From Gemmatimonadales bacterium (GTDB taxonomy: Bacteria > Gemmatimonadota > Gemmatimonadetes > Gemmatimonadales > GWC2-71-9), in NCBI GenBank assembly GCA_035703525.1, contig DASSYA010000020.1, forward strand, positions 6,351 through 70,350: DNA of 64,000 nt. The letters run 5' to 3'. The translations under genes were made by a program, and so were the position numbers. Shown here piece by piece: positions 39,287 to 49,336 of this stretch. Positions within the stretch are counted from its first letter, which is position 1, and each line of letters opens with the position of its first letter. A model generated the notes under the pieces. It saw only the letters and a list, made by a program, of their open reading frames with translations, ran no database searches and was not told the DNA's origin.

Positions 39287-40405
39287 ATGCAACGGGTCAC
39301 CGTGGTGCACCTCGTGTCGACACTCGGCATCGGCGGCCAGGAAATGGTGATCCATTCTCTCGTCTCGCACGCCGACCTGCGTCGGTTCCGCCCCATCGTG
39401 CTGGCGCTGCATGACGGGGGGCCGGTGGCCGACCGCATTGCGTCGCTCGGCGTACCGGTCGAGGTGCTGGGGGGGGGCGAAGCGGGGACCGTCACGCTGA
39501 TCCGCCGCCTGGCGGCGCGGCTCCGCACCCACTGCCCCGACATCCTGCATACCCACAACCCTGCCCCGCACCAGCTCGGTGCCGTGGCGCATGTCTTGGC
39601 GCGCGTCCCGGCGCTGATCCACACCAAGCATGGTCGGAACAACTTTCCGACGCGGACCCGGCGCTGGGCCGAGCAAATGGCCGGACGCGTGACCGACCTG
39701 GTCGTCCCGGTCTCGGAGGATGCGGCCGAGGTGGCCCGGACGGTCGATCGGGTACCCGCTCGCAAGATCCGGGTGATCCACAACGGAATCGATCTCACGG
39801 CACTGGGCATGGCGGAGGTGCTGCCTTCCGGTCGGGCTCCTCGGGCAGTGCATGTGGCCCGACTCAATCGGGTCAAGGATCAGCGTTCGCTGCTGGCGTC
39901 GACCCGGCTGCTGGTCGATCGGCATCCGGGCTTTCATCTCGACATTGTCGGCGATGGTCCGATGGGGGCGGAACTCCGGGCGCTCGCCACCGCGCTCGGG
40001 CTCGACTCCGCGGTCACGTTCCACGGCATGCAGGACGACGTGACACCGTATCTCGCGAACGCCGACCTGTTTTTGCTCCCCTCGCTCTCCGAGGGAATCG
40101 CGATCACGATGCTCGAGGCGATGGGGAGCGGCCTGCCGGTGGTCGCCACCGACGTGGGTGGCAATCGCGAAGTGGTCGTCCAGGGTGAGACCGGCTTGCT
40201 GGTACCCGCGGGCGACCCCACTTCCCTCGCGGATGCTGTGGATCAGTTGCTCGCAGATCCGGCGCGAGCTCGATCCTGGGGCGCAGCGGGTCGGCAGCGA
40301 GTCGAGACCGATTTCAACATTGCCGGGACGGTGCGTGCCTACGAGGCGGCCTATCTTGAGGTCCTCGGACGCCCGGTCGTCGCGCCCGTGGCGGTGCCGG
40401 CCTGA
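39287..40405 (+). CDS. Glycosyltransferase family 4
   Basis: GGQE, IHNGID, EGIAITMLEAM. Confidence 0.92.
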   Translation: MQRVTVVHLVSTLGIGGQEMVIHSLVSHADLRRFRPIVLALHDGGPVADRIASLGVPVEVLGGGEAGTVTLIRRLAARLRTHCPDILHTHNPAPHQLGAVAHVLARVPALIHTKHGRNNFPTRTRRWAEQMAGRVTDLVVPVSEDAAEVARTVDRVPARKIRVIHNGIDLTALGMAEVLPSGRAPRAVHVARLNRVKDQRSLLASTRLLVDRHPGFHLDIVGDGPMGAELRALATALGLDSAVTFHGMQDDVTPYLANADLFLLPSLSEGIAITMLEAMGSGLPVVATDVGGNREVVVQGETGLLVPAGDPTSLADAVDQLLADPARARSWGAAGRQRVETDFNIAGTVRAYEAAYLEVLGRPVVAPVAVPA

Positions 40406-41796
40406 TGGCGCGGTTCGACGTCACGCTCCGGCGCGACCTGATCCGGGCATTCGAGGGTGGCCTCAAGCGGCGCCCCGTGTTCGGCTACTGGTCGGAGCTC
40501 GAGGCGAGCCAATGGTGGGACACCGAGCGGCTCGAAGCGCTCCGGCTGGGACGACTCCGCGCGTTGGTCGCACATGCCGCCGCGACCGTGCCATGGTACC
40601 GTGACCGCTGGGCTGGATCTGGGCTCGACGCCACTGCGCTCACCACGCTCGCCGATCTGGCCCGGTTCCCGGTGATCGACCGGGAGGTGATCGTGGCGCA
40701 TCGACACGAGATGCGCTCGACCGCGCCCGGGATGAAGTTGATTGCGAAGGCGACCGGTGGATCGAGCGGTGTCCCGTTGCAGTTCGACCTCGACCACGAC
40801 AGTAACGAGCGCCGGATGGCGGCGTGGCACCGTGGCTACGGTTGGGCCGGAGCCGGTCCGGGCACGCGGCAGTGGTACCTGTGGGGGGTGCCGCCCGACA
40901 CCACGGCCGGGTGGCGGAAGCAGAAGGTGCGGCTCTACGACCGACTCTATCGTCGGACCACCATGAGTTGCTTCGAGTTGGGCGAGGCGACGCTGCCACG
41001 GTTCGTGGCCTCGCTGGCCGCCACCCGTCCCGATGCGATCGTGGCGTACACCGGTGCGCTCTACGCCTTCGCCCGGCTGCTCGAGGCACGTGACATCGTG
41101 CCGTATCAGCCGGGGTCGTTGGTGGTCGGTGCCGAGGCGTTGCACGACTTCCAGCGCGAGATGATCGAGCGGGTCTTTCGGGCGCCGGTGTTCGAGACCT
41201 ACGGCTCGCGGGAGTTCATGCTGATCGGGGCGGAGTGTCCCGAGCATGCGGGGCTTCACCTGACGTCGGAGCATCACGTGGTCGAGATCGTCGATGCGAC
41301 TGGACAGCCGGTGGCCGAGGGGATCGAGGGCGACGTGGTGATCACCGACCTGACCAATCTTGGCATGCCATTCATCCGGTATCGCAATGGTGACCGAGGG
41401 GTGATGGCGGCGGGGCAGTGTGCCTGTGGTCGCGGGCTGCCACGCCTGGCACGGGTCACCGGCCGACGGCTGGACGTGTTGACCACACCCGACGGGCAAC
41501 GACTGCCGGGCGAGTTCTTCCCGCACATCATGAAGGAGTTCGCGTCGGTGCAGCGTTTTCAGGTGATCCAGGAGGTGGCCGACGAAGTGATCGTGCGGAT
41601 CGTGGCGCCAGCGTGGTCGGCCGAGGATGGCGCGCGGTTGGCGCGTGAGGTCGGCGCCGTGGCGGGGGGCCGACTTCGGGTCCGGGTCGAGACGGTTGAC
41701 GTCATTCCGCTGACAGGGGCCGGCAAGCTCAAGGTGGTGGTGAACCGGCTGGCGGAGCGCGCGGGTCGGGCCGATGCCGCGGCGGGGGCCACGTGA
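40405..41796 (+). CDS. Phenylacetate-CoA ligase family / CapK-like adenylate-forming enzyme
   Basis: ATGGSSGVP, YGSREF, TDLTNLGMPFIRYRNGD, GKLK. Confidence 0.9.
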   Translation: MARFDVTLRRDLIRAFEGGLKRRPVFGYWSELEASQWWDTERLEALRLGRLRALVAHAAATVPWYRDRWAGSGLDATALTTLADLARFPVIDREVIVAHRHEMRSTAPGMKLIAKATGGSSGVPLQFDLDHDSNERRMAAWHRGYGWAGAGPGTRQWYLWGVPPDTTAGWRKQKVRLYDRLYRRTTMSCFELGEATLPRFVASLAATRPDAIVAYTGALYAFARLLEARDIVPYQPGSLVVGAEALHDFQREMIERVFRAPVFETYGSREFMLIGAECPEHAGLHLTSEHHVVEIVDATGQPVAEGIEGDVVITDLTNLGMPFIRYRNGDRGVMAAGQCACGRGLPRLARVTGRRLDVLTTPDGQRLPGEFFPHIMKEFASVQRFQVIQEVADEVIVRIVAPAWSAEDGARLAREVGAVAGGRLRVRVETVDVIPLTGAGKLKVVVNRLAERAGRADAAAGAT

Positions 41797-43283
41797 GTCG
41801 GGTACCGAATCGCAGGCCGGCGATGCCGGCGGCGCCGGCGGCGATGGGCACAGCCGAGCTGGTGCGGGAGGCAGCCGCCGCACCTGGGAAGGGGCGGTCG
41901 AGAGGGAGCAACGCGTTTTCGCTGTCGGAGGGCGGGGCAGCGGAGCGCTGGATCGCTCCATTCCTCGGGCTTTACCTCGGCTGGGCGGTGGCGCGAATTC
42001 CGGAAGTTTTCCCTGCCGTCGCGATTCCGAAGCTGCCAATGGTTCTCCTCATAGTTTTCATGGTCATTCTAGCCGTGGCCATCCCACCGGACGCGTGGGA
42101 GCGAGTCTGGCATGAATCCCACCCGCTCAAACTTGTGGCAACCCTCGCCGTTCTCTCGGTAATCACAGCACCGCTCGGCATCTGGTTTGGTGGGTCATTC
42201 TGGTTTCTCCGAAATCGGTATGTGATCGCCGTCGTGATCTTTCTGGCCTGTTTGATTTTCCTGAGGGATCGGAAGGCGTTGCGCACGGCGGTCGTGATCT
42301 TCATCCTGTGTGTGGCAGCGATCGCCATCTACACGCTGATGCATTACGACCCGACCGCCGATATTTACGATCAGTATGGCAATCTTGTTGATCCCAGTCT
42401 GGTGAGCATCGAACAGCGCCGGGTCCAGGTTAGTCTCTCGCTTGACTCGAACGACTGGGGGGCAATCCTCGCAACCAGCACACCGCTGGCCGTTTGGCTC
42501 TCTGCCGGATCTATTTGGCGACGCCTCTTTTGGGGAGCGATCGCGCTCCTGTTGATTGCCGGCGTAGTGCCCACCTCCTCTCGAGGCTCGTTGCTCGGCT
42601 TGATCGCCGCCGGTCTGGTTCTGGTTTCAGTTGGTGCGACAGGTTGGCGACGAATGCTGATGCTCCTGCTCGTCGCAGGATCCGGCTTGGTGTTCTCAGC
42701 CATCGCAACTCAAGGAGAATTGGGAAGATTTTTTGATTTCGGCACGGACGACTACAACGTGTCCGGTAACGAGGGCCGCTTCTATTTCTGGCGGCAGGGT
42801 ATGGTTTGGATGATCAAACGTCCGTGGGGATACGGAATCGACAACTTCCCCACCTACTTCGGTTGGTTGAACGGACCTGACCGGGCAGCCCATTCGATGT
42901 GGGTGCAGTATGGAGTGGAACTGGGCGTCCTGGGCCTGGTGACGATCATCACTCTCTGCTGGTTCCTGTTCCGTCGGCTTCGGCAGTGGCGGAAAGCGGC
43001 GTTGGCCAGGCGCCGTCTCGCGGGAGATGTGATGGACAAGGAGGCCATCCTCTTCGGGCATGTCATGGCCATGTTGACAGGGACGCTCGTGACCGGAAGT
43101 TTCCTCTCGAATGCCTACTATCCATTGACATACATGTCATTGGGCATTGCAGCCGCCGCCCTGCTCGGTTCGCCGCTTCGCGACCTCCTCGCGAATGAGC
43201 AAGAGGCCGGACTCAGTGCCCCGACTTCGTCGCCGAGTGCCCCCGTGTTACGAGGCAGCCGTCCGCCAGCACGACGGCGATGA
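41793..43283 (+). CDS. O-antigen ligase/polymerase (Wzy-like)
   Basis: Multi-TM, DSND, TSSRGS, GYG, AHS...ELG. Confidence 0.85.
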   Translation: MSRVPNRRPAMPAAPAAMGTAELVREAAAAPGKGRSRGSNAFSLSEGGAAERWIAPFLGLYLGWAVARIPEVFPAVAIPKLPMVLLIVFMVILAVAIPPDAWERVWHESHPLKLVATLAVLSVITAPLGIWFGGSFWFLRNRYVIAVVIFLACLIFLRDRKALRTAVVIFILCVAAIAIYTLMHYDPTADIYDQYGNLVDPSLVSIEQRRVQVSLSLDSNDWGAILATSTPLAVWLSAGSIWRRLFWGAIALLLIAGVVPTSSRGSLLGLIAAGLVLVSVGATGWRRMLMLLLVAGSGLVFSAIATQGELGRFFDFGTDDYNVSGNEGRFYFWRQGMVWMIKRPWGYGIDNFPTYFGWLNGPDRAAHSMWVQYGVELGVLGLVTIITLCWFLFRRLRQWRKAALARRRLAGDVMDKEAILFGHVMAMLTGTLVTGSFLSNAYYPLTYMSLGIAAAALLGSPLRDLLANEQEAGLSAPTSSPSAPVLRGSRPPARRR

Positions 43284-44761
43284 CCGGTTCATCTCATGAA
43301 GTCCCGGATGGGGCTGATTCCGGCCACCGAGTGGCTCGGAATTCGGCGTGGCTCATCGGCCAACCGGTCGCGCTCAACGTCATCTCAATTGCCTCGACTG
43401 GCTACATCGCGCGAGCACTTGGACCGACCGGCTTTGCGACATTCAATATTGGACTTGCGTTCGCGCTGATGTTCGCACCGTTGACGAACATGGGGCTTCG
43501 AGCGCTCACCGTCCGCCACTTGGCACAGAACCGTGATGGTGCGACTACCTATCTCGGGACTGTCCTCGCCCTGCGCCTGATCCTCGCGACATTCGCTTTC
43601 GGGATCGTGATGCTCGCTGCCCCCCTTGGCAGTGACAGTCAGGCCACCCGCGATGTCGCATTTGTCGCAGCTTTCATCCTGTTGCTCAACACGGTAGTTG
43701 GGGTCCTGAGCGATGGATTTCATGCGCGAGAGGATATGGGAAGGCCCGCGCGCGCAGCGATGGTCGGCGGACTGGTGCTCACGGTAGCAAGTGTGTTGGC
43801 CGTGGCGGTGGGCGGCGGCCCGACCATCTTGGCGCTCACCTACCTGCTGGGACCTGTGGTCAACGCCATCCTCCTCTGGCATTTTGCTGGTACACTCGGG
43901 ATTCGGCCGCGGTTGACGTGGAATCCCCGGGAATTCCGAAGATTGCTCGCCGAAGCGCTACCATTCTTCGGTCAGGGCCTGCTTGAGTCTTTCAGTGGGC
44001 GGATCGATCTTTTCCTGCTCGCACGCACCCTCGGCGAAGCGAATCTTGGTGGGTACACGGCGGCGACTGGCCTACTCGGCCGCGCAGCCATCGTGGTCGA
44101 TGGCTCGGCCACCGCTCTGCTACCTTCGCTGGCGCGCTTGCGCGCTAGAAGCCCTGGACAGGCAACGCCGCTGATGCGTACCATGCTCCTCTGGTTGCTG
44201 GCGATCAGCTTGCCACTTGCCGTCGGTGTGGCGATCGCCGCACCAGAGATCATGCACTTGATCTACGGCACGAAGTACCTGGATGGCGCGCCAGTGCTCG
44301 CGATCGCGATCTTCACGCTTCCACTCACCGCGGCCGCCGTCGTGCTGGGTCATGGCCTCTTCGTGACACACCGGAATCGACTCGTCGTGACGACCAGCAT
44401 GGGATCTACCGTGGCCACCACGGCAATGTTGATCCCGGCAACTTTCAGCCTAGGATTGATCGGTGCCCCGATCGCGCGGTTGATCGGGCGAGCCTTGCTG
44501 GCCACGACGAGGGCTCCGGCAGCAATCCGTGACTATGGACGCCTCTTGCTGTGGCCAGACACGGTACGATTGTCTCTCCTGACAGCAGCGGTGGCTGTCC
44601 CTGCAGCCGTTGCCAGGTCAGTTGGTGACGGTATTCCGCTCATGCTCCTCGCAGGGACAACGGGCACCGCACTTTGGCTTACACTGGTCTGGCGTCTCGG
44701 TATGATTCCAGAGGCCTTGCGCCAGCGATTCAGCCGTCTCCTTACTCGCCGCCGTGGATGA
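43280..44761 (+). CDS. Polysaccharide flippase (Wzx)
   Basis: VARNS, ARALG, RIDLFLL, many TMs. Confidence 0.88.
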   Translation: MTGSSHEVPDGADSGHRVARNSAWLIGQPVALNVISIASTGYIARALGPTGFATFNIGLAFALMFAPLTNMGLRALTVRHLAQNRDGATTYLGTVLALRLILATFAFGIVMLAAPLGSDSQATRDVAFVAAFILLLNTVVGVLSDGFHAREDMGRPARAAMVGGLVLTVASVLAVAVGGGPTILALTYLLGPVVNAILLWHFAGTLGIRPRLTWNPREFRRLLAEALPFFGQGLLESFSGRIDLFLLARTLGEANLGGYTAATGLLGRAAIVVDGSATALLPSLARLRARSPGQATPLMRTMLLWLLAISLPLAVGVAIAAPEIMHLIYGTKYLDGAPVLAIAIFTLPLTAAAVVLGHGLFVTHRNRLVVTTSMGSTVATTAMLIPATFSLGLIGAPIARLIGRALLATTRAPAAIRDYGRLLLWPDTVRLSLLTAAVAVPAAVARSVGDGIPLMLLAGTTGTALWLTLVWRLGMIPEALRQRFSRLLTRRRG

Positions 44762-44762
44762 C

Positions 44763-45827
44763 ATGATCCTGCTCTACGGGTACTACGGAGAGCGAAACGC
44801 CGGCGACGATGCGTTCACGACTATCTGCGCGAACGAACTTGTGCGACGTGGTCATCGACAAATTGGCGTACTCGGCTCCGAGCTGCCACGAGTGACGCAC
44901 TTGCCGGCTCGCGCCCTCTACTTTCGTCGACGATTCCGCGGATTGTCGACCAGAATCGAGCACGCGCGGATCAATCATTGGCTCGCGCGGGGTGCACAGA
45001 TCGTGATCGGTGGGGGCTCGCTCTTTCGAAGTTCAACCTCGTTGATCCAACTCGGCCGACTCCTGGACAGGTCACCGCGGGCTGGACACCACGCCCTCGG
45101 AGTTTCCGTTGGCCCGTTCCGAGACAGGCAGGCCGTTCAGCATTGCCGAGAGGTTCTTGAGCGCCTGGACTCAATCGGGGTTCGTGATGAGGTGAGCCTG
45201 GCACGAGCCCGCGAGATCGCACCCGGTGCGAATCTGCGGCTCACCTTTGATCTGGCGCCGCTCCTCTCACGGTGGCTAGCGCAGCCCGAGACCGAAGTGC
45301 CAGCGCAGACCGGAGCGCTGGGAGTGGCGCTCTGTGGTCCAGCCTTGTCTGAGCAAGGCTACCAGGCAATACACAAGTCGCTGTGGCACTGGTTGCATGG
45401 AAGACCTGACCGGAGCGTGGTTCTCCTGCCGTTCAATACCCACCCACGGAAGGGTGATCTCGCGATCCACGAGCGGCTTGGGAGGGAGCTGCGTGGCGTC
45501 GGGGAGGTCGAGTTCTATCGTTACACTGGTGACCCACGTGCCATGTGGTATCGTATCGGGCGTCTCGACTGCATCCTGGCGATGCGATTGCACGCTGCCG
45601 TGTTCGGGTATTGTACCAATCGGCCAGTTCTCATCGTGCCATACGAGGAGAAATGTCATGCGTGGGCGAGAATGATCGGGCACCGGCCGGAGCTTGTGGT
45701 CGATGCGCCGGCTCTGGACGTGACAGATGTTGATCGGGTGAGTAGTGCGCTTCCCGGTACTGTCGCATCTCTCCCGATCTCCGAAGCGGTGAGCCGCGCC
45801 ACCATCAACTTTGAGTGGGCTGATTGA
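44763..45827 (+). CDS. Polysaccharide pyruvyl transferase family
   Basis: GYYGERNAGDD, IGGGSLF, VRD, AMRLH. Confidence 0.9.
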   Translation: MILLYGYYGERNAGDDAFTTICANELVRRGHRQIGVLGSELPRVTHLPARALYFRRRFRGLSTRIEHARINHWLARGAQIVIGGGSLFRSSTSLIQLGRLLDRSPRAGHHALGVSVGPFRDRQAVQHCREVLERLDSIGVRDEVSLARAREIAPGANLRLTFDLAPLLSRWLAQPETEVPAQTGALGVALCGPALSEQGYQAIHKSLWHWLHGRPDRSVVLLPFNTHPRKGDLAIHERLGRELRGVGEVEFYRYTGDPRAMWYRIGRLDCILAMRLHAAVFGYCTNRPVLIVPYEEKCHAWARMIGHRPELVVDAPALDVTDVDRVSSALPGTVASLPISEAVSRATINFEWAD

Positions 45828-46705
45828 TGACCCACACCAGCGTCATCATCCCAGCCTATTGTGCGGCTGGCACGGTCCGCCGCGCGGTGGACAGTGTCCT
45901 GCGGCAGACGATGCACGTGCTCGAGGTGATCGTGGTGGACGATGGGTCGCCGGATGGGATTGCGGCGGCACTCATTGGGACGGATCCGAGGGTGCGTGTG
46001 ATCCGCCAGCCAAATGGCGGGGCTGGATCGGCGCGCAACACTGGGATTGACGCGGCGTCGGGGGATTGGATCGCGTTCCTCGATGCCGACGATGAATGGC
46101 TTCCTTCCCGGCTCGCAAGTCAGTTCGAGGCGATTGAACGGTACCCCGACGTTGGGCTGATCATGGGTCGGTTCGAGGTGCGACCCGCGGGCCTGCCTTC
46201 CGGGACCACGAGTGGCTGGTCCAACATTCCGACCGCTACTCCGTTGGAGCTGCGCGGCGATCGCGCCTTGCGATTCGCCGCGGCCTGCTGGACAGGGACG
46301 GTCCTCGTTCGACGCGACGTGGTAGGCGAGGAACGCTTTCGAACTGATTTGCGCACGGCGGAAGATCGGGAATTTTGGTACCGGATCAGTATTCGGACGC
46401 GGGTCCTTGCGTTGGACGAGGTGTTGGCAGTTCAGCACGTCACCTCGGGCTCGCTGTCGACGACCGACATCGACGACGACTGCGCTAACATGCTCAAGGT
46501 CGTGGGACTGCACGGGGATGATCTGACCCCGTCCGAGCGGAGAGCATGGCGGCTCGAGCTACTGAGGAGAAGGGCGGCGGTCCACCTCGCTGCAGGTAGA
46601 TTTCCTGCTGCACATGCTGCCGCGAGCGACCGCCTTCGCCTCGCCCCTTGGAGCCTGGAGGCCTGGTATATCTGGCTAAAGTCGCTGTATGGTGGCTCGC
46701 GGTGA
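45824..46705 (+). CDS. Glycosyltransferase family 2
   Basis: SVIIPAY, VDDGS, ARNTG, FLDADD, ED. Confidence 0.93.
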   Translation: MMTHTSVIIPAYCAAGTVRRAVDSVLRQTMHVLEVIVVDDGSPDGIAAALIGTDPRVRVIRQPNGGAGSARNTGIDAASGDWIAFLDADDEWLPSRLASQFEAIERYPDVGLIMGRFEVRPAGLPSGTTSGWSNIPTATPLELRGDRALRFAAACWTGTVLVRRDVVGEERFRTDLRTAEDREFWYRISIRTRVLALDEVLAVQHVTSGSLSTTDIDDDCANMLKVVGLHGDDLTPSERRAWRLELLRRRAAVHLAAGRFPAAHAAASDRLRLAPWSLEAWYIWLKSLYGGSR

Positions 46706-47871
46706 CCGACCCGACGAGGATCGGTTTCCTCTCGACTGTGCACCCCCACCCCTGGGCACCGACCAAGGGGGTCTTCAACCAGGGATTGCTCACCAGCTTG
46801 AGCGGAGCCGGTGCGAGGGTTGCGGCAGTGGTGCCAGTACCATGGACCGAGCGCCGCGGGCCGGCCGCACGACTCGAACCTGGCTACGAGGCATACTACC
46901 CACTTTGGTTGTACCTTCCGCGCATTGCACCGCTGCGCCTGGCAGATCAGATGCAGCTGTGCACCCGGGTCACCCGAAAGCGGCTTTGGAGGCCGGATGT
47001 CGTGCTGTCCTACTGGACTGACCCGGACGGAACAGTCGCTTCACGATGGGCCGCAACTATCGGCGTCCCGTTCGTGCAGATGGTCGGTGGCTCCGACGCT
47101 TTGGTCCTGGGAACCCACCCCGCCAGGCGTGAGAGGATGATCCGGACCCTACGCGTCGCCGATCGCATCCTGACTATCGGCCCGGGGCTGCGGGACACGC
47201 TCGAAGATTGGGGCCTGGACACCGGGAAGATCTCCGTCTTTCAACGTGGTGTCGATCGCACCATATTCTTCCCAGCGCCGCAGGCCGAAGCCCGAGAACG
47301 ACTTGGGCTGCCGTCTGATCGACCGATACTTGCTTGGGCAGGCCGACTTGTTGACGTCAAGGGTATTGACGTGCTCCTGTCGGCGCTGCAGGACCCCGCA
47401 CTCCTTCGACTCCGCCCGCTGGTCGTGTTGTTGGGCGAAGGACCCAGGCGGAGCAGCCTCGAGGCGACCGCACAGACCTCCCTCCCCAGCGACACCGTCC
47501 GATTCGTGGGAAGGGTTCCGCACGGGGCACTCCCGGACTGGTATCGGGCGGCCGACCTCATGGTTCTGCCCAGCCATTCGGAGGGCGTCCCCAATGTGCT
47601 CCTCGAGGCGATGGCATGCGGAACGGGGTTCGTCGCGAGCGCTGTGGGGGGGATTCCTGAGCTGGCAGGCGAATCGACCTCGGAACTCGTGCCTCCCGGG
47701 GACTCGATCGCCTTGGCCGAAACGCTGGTGAGACGTCTCACAGCAGGGACAATTGCCGTTCGCCCGGTCCCCGACCGGCGCGAGACTGCCTCGGGATTGC
47801 TCGAGGTGTTGAAAGACGTGATCGCGGAGCGGGCTTGCCCGCCCTCGACCACCAACCGATTATTGGACTGA
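46702..47871 (+). CDS. Glycosyltransferase family 4
   Basis: GRLVDVKG, PSHSEGVPNVLLEAMACG. Confidence 0.9.
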   Translation: MTDPTRIGFLSTVHPHPWAPTKGVFNQGLLTSLSGAGARVAAVVPVPWTERRGPAARLEPGYEAYYPLWLYLPRIAPLRLADQMQLCTRVTRKRLWRPDVVLSYWTDPDGTVASRWAATIGVPFVQMVGGSDALVLGTHPARRERMIRTLRVADRILTIGPGLRDTLEDWGLDTGKISVFQRGVDRTIFFPAPQAEARERLGLPSDRPILAWAGRLVDVKGIDVLLSALQDPALLRLRPLVVLLGEGPRRSSLEATAQTSLPSDTVRFVGRVPHGALPDWYRAADLMVLPSHSEGVPNVLLEAMACGTGFVASAVGGIPELAGESTSELVPPGDSIALAETLVRRLTAGTIAVRPVPDRRETASGLLEVLKDVIAERACPPSTTNRLLD

Positions 47872-47914
47872 GCCGTTGGCTGGCCAAAGGGTCAGCCTTG
47901 GAGGAGATGGTATC

Positions 47915-49252
47915 ATGGTGGTGTTCGATCAAATCCGGTCGCGATCAGCCGTCGTGCTGGCACTGAGTTTGGGGATTGCGGCTGCAGCCGGTGGTTGTGT
48001 GGACCCACAAATCGGCACACTGGGCGGAGCGACGCCCGAGCTCCCCGGTGCTCCGACATTACCACCTCCTGCCCCACCACCTGCACCTCCGACTCCACCG
48101 GAGAACCCCCTCCCACCGGCCCCGCCGCCGGGGGCGGGCGGCTATAGCGCCGCGGCACTCGCATGGACGCCAGGGCCCGGAGATACCTGCACCCAGCAGG
48201 ACCACCTTCGCTACACGGCGAGTGGACCCGATGGAAAACTGTACCCGATCTGGCACCCACCGGTCGACCCGGTAACCGGCTGTACCTTTGGGCACGAGCA
48301 TGGGACGGATCCATCCACTTCACCGCTTGACACGTTGGGACCAATCCTCTTCGGCTACGTGAACGAGCAGGCGCTCGATGGGCCACAGTTTCACCGACAC
48401 GAGGACCACGTCGGGCACAAGGTGGAAGTGGCGAATGCCGTAACGTTCACGCCGTCTGGCGGTGGTGCAGGCTCATCCACCGTCTGCAACGTCGTGGCGA
48501 AGCTGCATCAGGGCACTCATTCACCCGATGCGTTCAGCAACAATCTCCATGAGCAGGTGACGCGGGTGTCGTGTGACAATGGCCTCGAATTCGAGCTGCA
48601 ACTGCTGTCCGCGATCGGGCAGGCCGGCGGATTCGCGGTGCAGTGCGTTGGTGGCAGCCGACTGAGCGTTGGACCGGCCAACCCCGGGGACAGTCCGACT
48701 TCGAGTAACCCGTTGAGCCCTGGCGGATCGATGGGAGATCGTTTCTTGCCGACTGATGCATGCGTGGACAAGCCGCGGCCGAACTATTTCGAGATCTGGA
48801 AGACCCAGAATGTCATCACCGGTGTGGACGGAAGGCAGGCGGCCAGGTTCGCTTGGTACTGGTCGGTTAGCGACCCAAGTCGCTATTTCTCCGCAGGCAC
48901 GGCCACCAGGACGATCGAAAGCTGCTACAGGCGGTCCGGCACAGCATTCCTGACGATCAGCAACCCCTGCGTTGGCTTGCGCAGTGAATCGACCGAACCA
49001 GTCGACTGGAACGACCCGAGGAGTCCATTCAAAGGGACCAATCGTGGATTGCGCCTCAATGACTTCTCGGTGACTCATCCGAGTGGGCCCGAAGTCTTTT
49101 ACACCGATGTACTTGGCATGAACGCTTCGGCCACCCCTTTTGCTGGTTCGGTCCGACAGCACGTCCGGCATGGCTCCCACGCACCGTACGCCTTCGCCGG
49201 CCCCTCAGTCGGCAGTAATCACGACGCTCCCGGCGTCCACGCCCCGAACTGA
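47915..49252 (+). CDS. His/Cys-rich hypothetical lipoprotein with Pro-rich linker
   Basis: Lipobox AGGC; GCTFGHEHG, HRHEDHVGHK, LHQGTH, NLHE. Confidence 0.7.
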   Translation: MVVFDQIRSRSAVVLALSLGIAAAAGGCVDPQIGTLGGATPELPGAPTLPPPAPPPAPPTPPENPLPPAPPPGAGGYSAAALAWTPGPGDTCTQQDHLRYTASGPDGKLYPIWHPPVDPVTGCTFGHEHGTDPSTSPLDTLGPILFGYVNEQALDGPQFHRHEDHVGHKVEVANAVTFTPSGGGAGSSTVCNVVAKLHQGTHSPDAFSNNLHEQVTRVSCDNGLEFELQLLSAIGQAGGFAVQCVGGSRLSVGPANPGDSPTSSNPLSPGGSMGDRFLPTDACVDKPRPNYFEIWKTQNVITGVDGRQAARFAWYWSVSDPSRYFSAGTATRTIESCYRRSGTAFLTISNPCVGLRSESTEPVDWNDPRSPFKGTNRGLRLNDFSVTHPSGPEVFYTDVLGMNASATPFAGSVRQHVRHGSHAPYAFAGPSVGSNHDAPGVHAPN

Positions 49253-49336
49253 CACTCACCAGCTTCTCGGTGCAGAACGCCAGCCTACTCCGGGCTGGCG
49301 TTCGACTTTCCGACCGCCCCGCCCCATCTTGCCCCC

